32,000 nt of DNA from Mesoplasma florum L1. GTDB lineage: Bacteria; Bacillota_I; Bacilli_A; Mycoplasmatales; Mycoplasmataceae. The stretch lies in the NCBI RefSeq assembly GCF_000008305.1, contig NC_006055.1, positions 300,001 through 332,000 of the forward strand. The letters are read 5' to 3'. Made by a program: the position numbers and the translations under genes. Below are positions 23,369 to 32,000 of the stretch, in pieces. Each line of letters begins with the position of its first letter. The first letter of the stretch is position 1. The notes beneath the pieces were generated by a model, which was given only the letters and a program-made list of their open reading frames with translations, was not told the origin of the DNA and ran no database searches.

Positions 23369-23956
23369 ATGAAAAAAAGAAAAAAAGTTAAGTTAACTTT
23401 AGAAGAAAAATATAAATTGTTTAATTCTAATAAAGCTAGAATTTATTTTGCTATTAAAAAAGCATATAGTAAATTTGATTCAATACCATTGGAGTTAGAA
23501 GACTTTGAATTTTATGCATGAGAAGCATATTTGGATATTTTAGATAAATATTATGATAGAAATATGAGAAAAAGTTTTGAGAGTTGTTTAGTAGATGCTG
23601 TTTATTGAAAGGCAATGAATGTTTGTGCAAAATTTGTAACTAACAAGTATAAAATAATGAATCAAGGAATGAGAACAAGTAATTTTATGAGTGATGAATA
23701 TAAAGAAATGATAAATAATATTAGTGTTGAAGAAAACTCATATGACGAAATTGGTTGAACACAGTTATTTGAACAATACTTTGCAAAAAACACTGATAAA
23801 ATGCCAAAACAAGTTTTTACACTTTATATTTATGGAATGAGTTTTGTAGAAATTGCAAAAGAATTAAATATTTCATCAGCAAAAGTTAGAAATACTTTTT
23901 ATAAAGTTTTACCAGAAATTAGACAAGTGGTTTCCAATCAAGTATTTTTAGATTAA
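23369..23956 (+). CDS. Sigma-70-like small protein (putative alternative sigma factor), 195 aa
   Basis: With TGA=Trp: MKKRKKVKLTLEEKYKLFNSNKARIYFAIKKAYSKFDSIPLELEDFEFYAWEAYLDILDKYYDRNMRKSFESCLVDAVYWKAMNVCAKF... resembles sigma region 2; MPKQVFTLYIYGMSFVEIAKELNISSAKVRNTFYKVLPEIRQV resembles region 4 helix-turn-helix. Not in the track. Confidence 0.65.
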
Positions 23957-23982
23957 AATATATTGTAAAGGGGCGTGATTGA

Positions 23983-24261
23983 ATGAGTTATTATTATAAA
24001 CCAAGTATGGGTTATTCAGTGCACGCTTTACAAAGAGCTAAAGAAAGACTTAAATTACAGGATAAACAAGACTGAGAAGTTAAAGAAGCAATTAAAAATC
24101 ATATTTTTAATTCAACAAAAACTTTTAAGATTAACGGAATGTTATATTTATCAGCGTCTAATACAAACATATTTTTTGTAATCAATGAAAGTAGTAACAC
24201 ATTAGTTACAGTCACTCTTGTGTCAGCTGAAAAGCAACTAAGATTAATGGGCGGGTGATAA
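23983..24261 (+). CDS. Hypothetical small protein (92 aa), possible DUF4258/RelE-like fold
   Basis: RBS-like AAGGGGCGTG. MSYYYKPSMGYSVHALQRAKERLKLQDKQDWEVKEAIKNHIFNSTKTFKINGMLYLSASNTNIFFVINESSNTLVTVTLVSAEKQLRLMGGW; tightly spaced before coaE. Confidence 0.65.
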
Positions 24262-24262
24262 T

Positions 24263-24823
24263 ATGATAATTGGAGTTTATGGAACAATAGGTGCTGGTAA
24301 AACAACTATTTCAAATAAAATAAAAAAATTAAAATTTAAAGTAATAAACGCGGATAAAATTTCAAAGGATGTTTTGAATTCAAGAGATATTGAAAAACAA
24401 ATAAAAGATGCTTTTCCTAATGCTTTTATTGAAAATAATTTAAATAGAGCTAAATTAAGAAAAATTATTTCAGAAGATCAAAATTGTTTAAATAAATTAA
24501 ATTCAATTGTTTGACCTGAAATAAAAAATCAAATCTCGTTATTAATTCAAACAAATCCAGGAAATATTGTAATAGACGCAGCATTATTACCAGAACTAGG
24601 GCTTGAAGTTGATAAATATATAAGAGTTAAAGCAAATCTTTTAACTACTCTTTTAAGAGTTAAAAAAAGGGATAAAAAACCCTTTAAAGAAACTTATTCA
24701 ATTTACAAACAACAAAAGCAAAGAATTAAAAAATATGATTTAAATAACGAAGTCATAATCATTAATGATATATGAACAAAAAGCATAACTTATAAGCAAC
24801 TACATAAAAAAATATTTAAATAA
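24263..24823 (+). CDS. coaE: Dephospho-CoA kinase
   Basis: MIIGVYGTIGAGKTTISNKIKKLKFKVINADKISKDVL (P-loop plus NADK motif), LNKLNSIVWPEIKNQI, VIDAALLPELGLEV. TGA=Trp. Confidence 0.88.
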
Positions 24824-24842
24824 GATCACGATCTTATTTTTT
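24821..24842 (+). terminator. Intrinsic terminator overlapping the coaE stop codon
   Basis: TAAGAT CACG ATCTTA followed by TTTTTTATTTTTTT. Confidence 0.65.
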
Positions 24843-24877
24843 ATTTTTTTGCATTTAATTAAGATAAAATTAATAGT

Positions 24878-25738
24878 ATGAATAAATCAGGAATAATAAT
24901 TTTAAATAAACCAAAAGGTTTAACAACAAATCATTTAATTCAAAAACTTAAAAGAAAATTAAATGTAAAAAAAATAGGGCATGCAGGTACTTTGGATCCT
25001 TTAGCTACTGGTGTGGTTATATGTTTAATAAATAATGGAACAAAATTAAGTGATTATTTTTTAAATGAAAATAAAGCATATGAAGTCACTATGAAATTAT
25101 TTCAAGCTACAGATACATATGATAGTGATGGAAGCATAATAGAAGAGCAGGAACCTTTCAAAATAGAACAAGAACAAGTTGAAAAAGTTATAGCAAAGTT
25201 TAATGGACTTGCTTATGAACAAGAACCGCCAATGTATTCAGCAATTAAAATTGATGGAAAAAAACTTTATGAATATGCTCGTGAAAATCAAGTTGTAAAA
25301 GTGAATAAAAGACTAATAAAAATTAATTCACTATCTTTAGATAAATATGAAAATAATGAAATATCAATGACTGTTTATTGTTCAAAAGGAACTTATATAA
25401 GAAGCCTTATTGTAGATATAGCAAAAGAACTAAATACAATTGCTCATGTAACTAGTCTAAATAGAATAGAATCAGGAAATTTTATAATTAAAAATTCTGT
25501 TAACATTGAAAATTGTGAAGAATCAAATTTGATTAAAATGTTTGATGCAATTAAAATGGCTGACTATGAAATAGTTGAATTAGATGACACATTAAATGTT
25601 GAGCATGGTAAAAAAATAGAAGTGATAGCTGAGAAAAATATTGTTTTTATTTCAAATAAATCAAAAGAACTTATAGCTTGTTATGAGAGAGAAAATGGAA
25701 ATGTCTTTAAATGCAAGCGTGGAGGTTTAAATATTTAA
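24878..25738 (+). CDS. truB: tRNA pseudouridine(55) synthase TruB
   Basis: [44 protein letters not shown]; [19 protein letters not shown]. Confidence 0.96.
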   Translation: MNKSGIIILNKPKGLTTNHLIQKLKRKLNVKKIGHAGTLDPLATGVVICLINNGTKLSDYFLNENKAYEVTMKLFQATDTYDSDGSIIEEQEPFKIEQEQVEKVIAKFNGLAYEQEPPMYSAIKIDGKKLYEYARENQVVKVNKRLIKINSLSLDKYENNEISMTVYCSKGTYIRSLIVDIAKELNTIAHVTSLNRIESGNFIIKNSVNIENCEESNLIKMFDAIKMADYEIVELDDTLNVEHGKKIEVIAEKNIVFISNKSKELIACYERENGNVFKCKRGGLNI

Positions 25739-26280
25739 TGAAAGTTTTTAAAACTGATATAAATAGTATTATCCAAAATGAAAGAGAAACTTGTGCAACT
25801 ATAGGTATGTTTGATGCATTACATAAATATCACAAATTGATTATAGAAAAAACACAAACAATTGCTCAAGAAAATAATTTGGAATCTATAATAATAACTT
25901 TTGATCACAAACCAACAAAAGGAACTGAAACATTATTAAATGAAAATAAAAAAATTAATTATATTAATGAAAATTTTCAAATAGATAAAATGATAATTTT
26001 ACAAGTAAATAATGATTTGATTAATACTTCAAAAGAACAATTTGTCAAAATACTTAAAAATAAATTTAAAGTAATTAAGTTAGTTGAAGGAAGCGACTTT
26101 AGATTTGGATTTGAGAAAAGTGGAGATGTTGAATACTTAAAAAATAGTTTTGGTGAAAAAAATGTTTTTATTTATGAAAGAGATAAAAACATATCAACAT
26201 CTAAAATAAAAAAGCTTGTAAAAGAAAATAAAATTGCAGAAATAGATGATGAATTAGAAGTTGACATAAATTTATTGTAA
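25738..26280 (+). CDS. ribF: FAD synthetase / FMN adenylyltransferase domain of RibF (no riboflavin kinase domain seen)
   Basis: ATIGMFDALHKYHKLIIEKTQTIAQENNLESIIITFDHKP...VEGSDFRFGFEKSGDVEYL...ISTSKIKKLVKENKIAEIDDELE. Start at ATG 25738 (TAATG overlap with the truB stop) rather than track start 25711. Confidence 0.82.
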   Translation: MKVFKTDINSIIQNERETCATIGMFDALHKYHKLIIEKTQTIAQENNLESIIITFDHKPTKGTETLLNENKKINYINENFQIDKMIILQVNNDLINTSKEQFVKILKNKFKVIKLVEGSDFRFGFEKSGDVEYLKNSFGEKNVFIYERDKNISTSKIKKLVKENKIAEIDDELEVDINLL

Positions 26281-26297
26281 TAAAGATTTAAAAAGTC

Positions 26298-26303
26298 TAT
26301 AAT
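26298..26303 (+). promoter_or_regulatory. Candidate -10 box (TATAAT) for rpsO
   Basis: AGTCTATAATATAAAA about 95 bp upstream of the rpsO ATG. Confidence 0.5.
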
Positions 26304-26310
26304 ATAAAAA

Positions 26311-26398
26311 GTGATTGTTCACCAAAGATGTTATTCGCTCCCATGAATGCACCTTTGATGAAACGCTAAAAATCAAAAAAAAGAAAGGGAGACAGATC
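26311..26398 (+). promoter_or_regulatory. Structured 5' leader of rpsO, candidate autoregulatory S15-type leader
   Basis: Long imperfect hairpin CACCAAAG (26320-26327) / CTTTGATG (26353-26360) enclosing ATTC...GAAT, upstream of AAAGGGAG. Confidence 0.4.
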
Positions 26399-26665
26399 AT
26401 GATTTCAAAAACAAGAAAAGCTGAAATTATTAAAGAATTTGGTGGAAGCGAAGCTAACACAGGATTAGCTGAAGTTCAAATTGCTTTACTAACAGAAGAT
26501 ATCGCTAACATGACTGAACATTTAAAAGAACATAAAAAAGATGTTCCTACAAGAAGAACTTTATTAAAAAAAGTTGCTCAAAGAAGACACTTATTAGATT
26601 TCTTAATTAAAAAAGATGTTAACAGATATAAAGAAATTATTGCTAAATTAGGTTTAAGAAAATAA
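26399..26665 (+). CDS. rpsO: 30S ribosomal protein S15
   Basis: [88 protein letters not shown]; 88 aa, RBS GAAAGGGAG. The extra N-terminus in track ORF 26315 is not part of S15. Confidence 0.97.
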   Translation: MISKTRKAEIIKEFGGSEANTGLAEVQIALLTEDIANMTEHLKEHKKDVPTRRTLLKKVAQRRHLLDFLIKKDVNRYKEIIAKLGLRK

Positions 26666-26733
26666 TTTCAAAAAAACTCAAAAATTATTGACACATAGAT
26701 TTAATTCTTATATTATATTTATGTGTCTAAAAT

Positions 26734-26807
26734 GCAGGTGTAGTTTAATGGTAGAACTTCAGCCTTCCAAGCTGACTGTGAGGGTTCGATTCCCTTCACC
26801 TGCTCCA
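26734..26807 (+). tRNA. tRNA-Gly (anticodon UCC), CCA encoded
   Basis: Acceptor GCAGGTG/CACCTGC, D arm GTTTAATGGTAGAAC, anticodon arm TCAGC-CTTCCAA-GCTGA with anticodon TCC, T arm AGGGTTCGATTCCCTT, discriminator T then CCA. Confidence 0.95.
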
Positions 26808-26819
26808 TTTAAAAAGTAG

Positions 26820-26845
26820 AACAACCGAAAGGTTGTTTTTTTATT
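26820..26845 (+). terminator. Intrinsic terminator downstream of tRNA-Gly
   Basis: AACAACC GAAA GGTTGTT followed by TTTTTTATTTTTT. Confidence 0.85.
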
Positions 26846-26882
26846 TTTTGATATAATTAAAATTAGAAAAAAGGTGAATCTG

Positions 26883-27599
26883 ATGAGTGATACAAAAACC
26901 CTGGATTGAAATAAAACTAGAGAATTTGATCTTGAAAGAACAAATATTTGAATAAGTTTTATTTTTGAAATCTTAGTTGTAGTTTTACCTTATGTAGTCA
27001 TTTGAATACTTATTGGTAGTTCATGGAATACTGAAAAATTTCATAATTATTATAATAACTTACCTTTGAAAGATTTATTACTTACGATAATTTGTATAGC
27101 TTATGTAATAATAGCGTTGGGAATTAATTTAATTACATATATTTTAAAATGACAAAAAGAAGATAGTTTCACTTTTACAACTGCAATTGCCTTGTGCTTA
27201 ACAGGATTAATAACTAATAGTATTTGAATAGACAAATTATCAATAGGCGGCTTTTCAATATTTTTAAAAGTTATATTTTTAATATTATTTGCTTTATTGG
27301 GTATATTCATAGGAACTTTAGCAACAATGTTAATAAGAAATTACAAATTTAAAATAGAGGAAGAAGATCAAATTTTACTACAAGCATATAAAAATGGTGA
27401 AGAAATACCTTCCATTAAAAAAATAAGATTAGACAGAGCTGAAAAATACAGAATCAAAAAAGAACAAGAAATTGAAGAATTAAATAAGTTTAAAGAAGAA
27501 TTAAACGAAAAAATAGCAATTGAATTAAAAAATAAAAAGCATGAAAAATTAGATCAAAAAGAAAACAAAAAACGAAATAAAAAAAATAATAAAAAATAA
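26883..27599 (+). CDS. Hypothetical membrane protein with Lys/Glu-rich cytoplasmic C-terminus (238 aa)
   Basis: Open frame with TGA=Trp; several TM segments (FIFEILVVVLPYVVIWILIG, LLLTIICIAYVIIALGINLITYIL, IFLKVIFLILFALLGIFIGTLATMLI) then KIRLDRAEKYRIKKEQEIEELNKFKEELNEKIAIELKNKK.... Confidence 0.7.
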
Positions 27600-27674
27600 C
27601 CTGTGTTTAAGGGTTAAAAAACAATGCAAAATTTGCTAAAATTAATATAATTGTATTTTAAAGAAAGGATCATT

Positions 27675-28730
27675 ATGACTAATAAAATAGAATCCAATCA
27701 AAGTAAATTTTTAAATTTAAAAAATAATAATTTCTTTATAAGATTTTCATCAAGTGTAATTATAGTTGCTATGATAATTTTATTTTTATCAACAGCAATA
27801 TTGAGTGAAGAATTATGAGTTCATTTAAGCGATAAAAATAAAGCAGAAGCTGTTAGTCAAGCTCTTGGAATTGTTATGCTATGCATATCTGTTGCTATAT
27901 TAATGTTTTGTATATATGAATTATCTACATCATTAAAGATTAAAAATAAAGTTTTCATAATAATTATGGAATTATTAGCTTTGGGACTATTTTTAGCACC
28001 GATAACTTCAATAAGAAATCTAAATGATTTATTCATTTACCAAGATTGAGTTTTAAAAGCTAAACTGGCTGAATGATATATGCAATTTATTTATTTAATT
28101 ATATTTTTAAGTGCTTCAACAATAACAGGTTATTTATCAGGAGTTAATCTTAAAAAAATGGTTATGATCATTGGAACTTCATTAATTATAATATTTGGTA
28201 TGAAAGGATTTACTTACATATCACTAACAAATGATTATAATTCACAAGATTATTCAAGTATTAGATTTGGTTATGTAACAGCAATTTGAATTTGATTAAT
28301 TGTTATATTAACAGATACATTTGCTTATATATTTGGTATAGCATTTGGTAAACACAAAATGGCTCCAAAAATTTCCCCTAAAAAAAGTTGAGAAGGTGCA
28401 ATCGGAGGATTTACAACAGCTTTTATAGTTTCAGTAACAATGGCAATATTATTTTTCTTCTTTGTTAATTCTCATTCTATTTTTAAAGATTATATGAGTA
28501 ATATTCAAACCAATTTAGGAACAGGATTAGTTATATTCATGTATATTCTTTTAGCATCTTTAATTTCATTTATAGGTCAATTAGGAGATTTGTTTTTTTC
28601 ACTAATTAAAAGAAAAAATGATATAAAAGATTTTTCAAATTTAATACCAGGCCATGGAGGAGTTTTAGATAGACTTGACTCATTCATGTTAGTATTCTTA
28701 TTTATGTATTTATTTACATTAATCAATTAG
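27675..28730 (+). CDS. cdsA: Phosphatidate cytidylyltransferase
   Basis: TM-rich protein ending with the CDP-diglyceride synthetase-type motif [37 protein letters not shown]=Trp joins fragments. Confidence 0.92.
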
Positions 28731-28744
28731 TTTAAGGAGTTTAT

Positions 28745-30013
28745 ATGGGAAGTGTAATGATAGTAATTTTATCAATATTAATTTCAATCATTGTTGTATT
28801 GGTGCTAATTACACTTCATGAACTAGGACATTTCATTGTAGCAAAGTTATCAAAAGCTTATGTCTTTGAATTTGCAATTGGTTTTGGTCCTAAATTGTTT
28901 GTTATAAAAACAAAAGAAACTTGATATTCAGTTAGACTAATACCTTTGGGTGGTTATGTTTCTATAGCTAGCGATTTTGCTGAACCACCAAAAGGCAGAG
29001 AAGAAGAATTTGAAAAAATACCTGACATAAGAAAAATTGATTATGCTATAAAATGAAAGAAAACTTTATTTATTTTATTTGGACCATTAATGAATTTATT
29101 TATAGCCTATATTTTAATCTTTTCAGTAATGTTTGGAGTTGGATACAAACCAAGTGATCCAAATTTTTACGGTCAAAACTTTTCAACGACTTCTATTGCT
29201 TATAAAATGATATATGAAAACGAAAAAGAAGGACAAACACCACCAGTAACAGAAGAAAAATATATTTACAATGATTTGCAAATTGCAATTACAGGATGAA
29301 ATGTAAAAATTGAAGAAAAACCTTTTGAATTTAAAACTACTAATTCTGCTAATTTAGCACCTACGTATTTACAAATTTCAAAAATGTTTAATGACGGTAA
29401 AAAAGATATCTTGAATTATTTATATAAAAATAATATTGAGTCAGGTAATGTTGAATATCAATTTAGTTATGTTAATTTAACTAATGATTATTCAGGGGAT
29501 GTTAAATCTGATGGTAAAACAGAGTTTAAACTTATAAGTGAAGAACAAACAATAGCTGAATGAAGAAAAACAGGTCAAATAAATGGTATAGCAATTGCAC
29601 CACCAGATAGACATTTTAAAAATGGTGCTCAAAAATTTGGTTATACATTCGTTGAAACATGAAATCAATCATTTTCATTATTAGTAGGTATTGGTAAATT
29701 CTTTACAGGTGATTTTAGTGCTATTTCTGGTCCTGTTGGTATTGCTAAATCATCAATTGGAACTACAGGTGCTGCAACTACATCAATGGTTGCCAGTCGT
29801 TTGTTTTATGTTTCTTCTATATCAGCAAACTTATTTATGCTAAATATGCTTCCATTTCCACCATTAGATGGATATAAGTTTTGAGAAACATTAGTAGAAT
29901 GAGTAACCAGAAAAGAAGTTAGTCAAAAATCAAAAACAATAATTTATGCAGCTGGAGCAATTTTATTAGTAACTTTCATAGTAATAGTAACAATTAAAGA
30001 TTTTATAGTTTAA
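28745..30013 (+). CDS. rseP: Site-2 (RseP/YluC family) intramembrane zinc metalloprotease
   Basis: LITLHELGHFIVAKL (HExxH), FAIGFGPKLF, RLIPLGGYV; C-terminal SAISGPVGIAKSS and NLFMLNMLPFPPLDGYK. Confidence 0.92.
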
Positions 30014-30026
30014 AAAAGGAGCTTAT

Positions 30027-32000
30027 ATGTCAGACAATAAGGTATTAGAATTATTTCAAAAATTGAAGATCAATTTAAATGAAGGCGAACTTTCATATTT
30101 TGAACATTCTGAAATTGAAAAAGCTACAATAAGCTCTTTAAAATCAAAACTTAGATTGTCATTAAAAATTAAAAACTTTTTACCTATAAGAGTATTAAGT
30201 GAAATTCATGAAAAATGTGTCGGATCAGAAGAAATAAAAATAAAACTAATTTTAAATGTGCAAAACCAAAGAATAGATAAAGAATTAATTTGTGAGTATA
30301 TTGAATTTATTAAAAATTTTAAATCTCAAAATAAAACAATTATCTGAAACTTTATTGAAGCTGAAGGATTTGAATATGATGCAGATGAAAATTTAATTAA
30401 ATTTGTTGTTGATTCTAATGAATTGAAAAACCAATTAACAACTGAATTGGAATATTGTTTAGCTAAATTAAAACAATTTGGTTTTAAAGAACTTAGTTAT
30501 GATATTCAAGTTGAAGATAAAACAGAAGAATATATAAAACAATCTTTAATAATTGAACAACAAACTAAAGAACAATATAAACAATTTGCCCCTGAATCAA
30601 CAGAAAAATCTCAAAATATGATTATTTCAAAACAAAAGTCACAGAAGTGAAATCAATCTTTAGATAATCCAAGTTATGATTCATTTGAAGACATTGAAGA
30701 AGATGCACAAAATATTGTCTTACATGGTAAAATGATGAGCATTGATATAAGAGATTCTAAAGCAAATAATCGTAAAATATATTCAATTGGTTTAACAGAT
30801 AATAATTCATCAATCAAATGTATATATTTTGGTAAAGAAGATGAAAGAACTATTATGGACCCTTTAACCGAAGAAGAAATATCATCAGATAGAATTGAAG
30901 AAATTAAAAATAAGAGAATTGCTAAAGGTGATTGAATAGCTGTTAAAGGTAAAACATCTTATTCACAATTTGATAAAGAACAAAATTTTATTATTGAAAA
31001 GATAGGAAAAATATCTCGATCAGAAGCTATGGTTAAAGACGATTCAGAACAAAAACGTGTTGAATTGCATGTTCATACTAAAATGAGTGCTATGGATGGT
31101 GTTTCATCAATTCAAGAATATTTACAAATGGTTGATAAATGAAATTGAAAAGCAATCGCAATTACTGATCATATAAATGTTCAAACTTTCCCTGATGCAT
31201 ATAATGAATTAAAAAAAATTAATAAAAATAAAGCTGAAGAAGATAAACTAAAATTAATTTATGGTCTTGAAATGAATATGATTGAAAAAGAGGATTATTG
31301 AATTGTTAAAAATCCTAAAGGTCAAAAAATAAGAGAATCAAAAATGGTTGTATTCGACTTAGAAACAACTGGTTTATCACCTGAGTTTAATGAAATCATT
31401 GAATTTGGTGCTGTAGTTTTTGATCCTGTAACTGGGAAAACAACCAAATATGACTATTTATTTAAACCAAAACAACCTTTAAAACAATTTACAATAGATC
31501 TTACAAATATAACTCCTGAGATGTTAGAAGATAAGAAAAATATTGATGATGATTTTGATAAGATTTATGAATTAATTAAAGATAGTATTTTAGTTGCTCA
31601 TAATGCAAACTTTGACTTTAACTTTTTAAATAGCTTATCTAAAAGATTAGGATATGGTGATTTACAAAATACTGTTATTGATACATTAACACTTTCTAGA
31701 TTAGTTAGACCTGCTTTAAAATCTCATAGGTTAGGAGCAGTATGTAAAAAATTCGGTATTTTATACGATGAACATGTTGCTCACCGTGGAGATTATGATG
31801 CAGATGTTTTAAACGATTTATTCTTTAAAATAATAGCTGAATTAAAATTAACAACACCAATCATTTATGATGCTGACTTAATTAAGTTAGAACCTGAAAA
31901 TGATAAAGATAACATTAACTTATTAAGATCTCGTGGAGCTCATGTTAATGTATTAGCTAAAAATCAACAAGGGTTAAAAGACATATTTAAATTGGTTTCA
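30027..32000 (+). CDS. polC: DNA polymerase III PolC-type alpha subunit; 5' part, continues beyond the window
   Basis: N-terminal OB/PHP region (HVHTKMSAMDGVSSIQEYLQMVDKW, AITDHINVQTFPDAYNEL) and DnaQ-like exonuclease MVVFDLETTGLSPEFNEIIEFGAVVFDP...NTVIDTLTLSRLVRPALKSHRLG. Confidence 0.95.

Noticed and set aside
23369-24261. Interpreting the sigma-like gene and 92-aa ORF as a toxin-antitoxin pair
   Set aside because: Considered but not supported: the first protein resembles sigma domains rather than an antitoxin, and the second only weakly recalls a DUF4258/RelE pattern. Kept as separate lower-certainty findings.
26315-26398. Track start of rpsO with N-terminal extension [28 protein letters not shown]
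   Set aside because: S15 normally starts at [11 protein letters not shown]; ATG 26399 has a good RBS and the upstream part is better explained as a leader RNA.
1-32000. Apparent widespread pseudogenisation (many short ORF fragments in the track)
   Set aside because: Fragmentation disappears when TGA is read as Trp; conserved proteins (era, dnaG, secDF, rel, cdsA, polC) are intact.
1-32000. CRISPR arrays, IS elements, prophage genes or long tandem repeats
   Set aside because: None seen by eye: no regularly spaced repeats, transposase or phage motifs. Short poly-A/T tracts match the background composition.

Overview
AT-rich 32 kb chromosomal segment of a mollicute that reads UGA as Trp, probably of the Mycoplasma/Metamycoplasma type. 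The supplied standard-code ORF track fragments almost every gene; I rejoined them by reading in-frame TGA as Trp. All supported genes lie on the + strand and are densely packed. Order: FtsX-like permease (3' part), DJ-1/PfpI protein, C39-peptidase ABC protein with a degenerate ATPase domain, ybeY, era, recO, glyS, dnaG, rpoD, trmK, Nif3-like, DEAD-box helicase, YitT-like membrane protein, a very large secDF, apt, tag, rel, a small sigma-70-like protein, a 92-aa unknown protein, coaE, truB, a one-domain ribF, rpsO, tRNA-Gly(UCC), a membrane protein, cdsA, rseP, and polC (5' part). Most of the window is conserved housekeeping; no CRISPR array, IS element or prophage was recognised. The main items for follow-up are: (1) the C39-peptidase/ABC protein at 2400-4217, whose peptidase residues look intact but whose nucleotide-binding domain has lost Walker A, the signature and Walker B; (2) the sigma-like protein at 23369-23956 followed by a 92-aa unknown ORF; (3) a ~59-aa insertion inside region 4 of RpoD; (4) two large charged insertions in SecDF; (5) a ribF lacking its kinase domain; (6) a structured leader before rpsO; and (7) terminators fused to stop codons or to a downstream ribosome-binding site.
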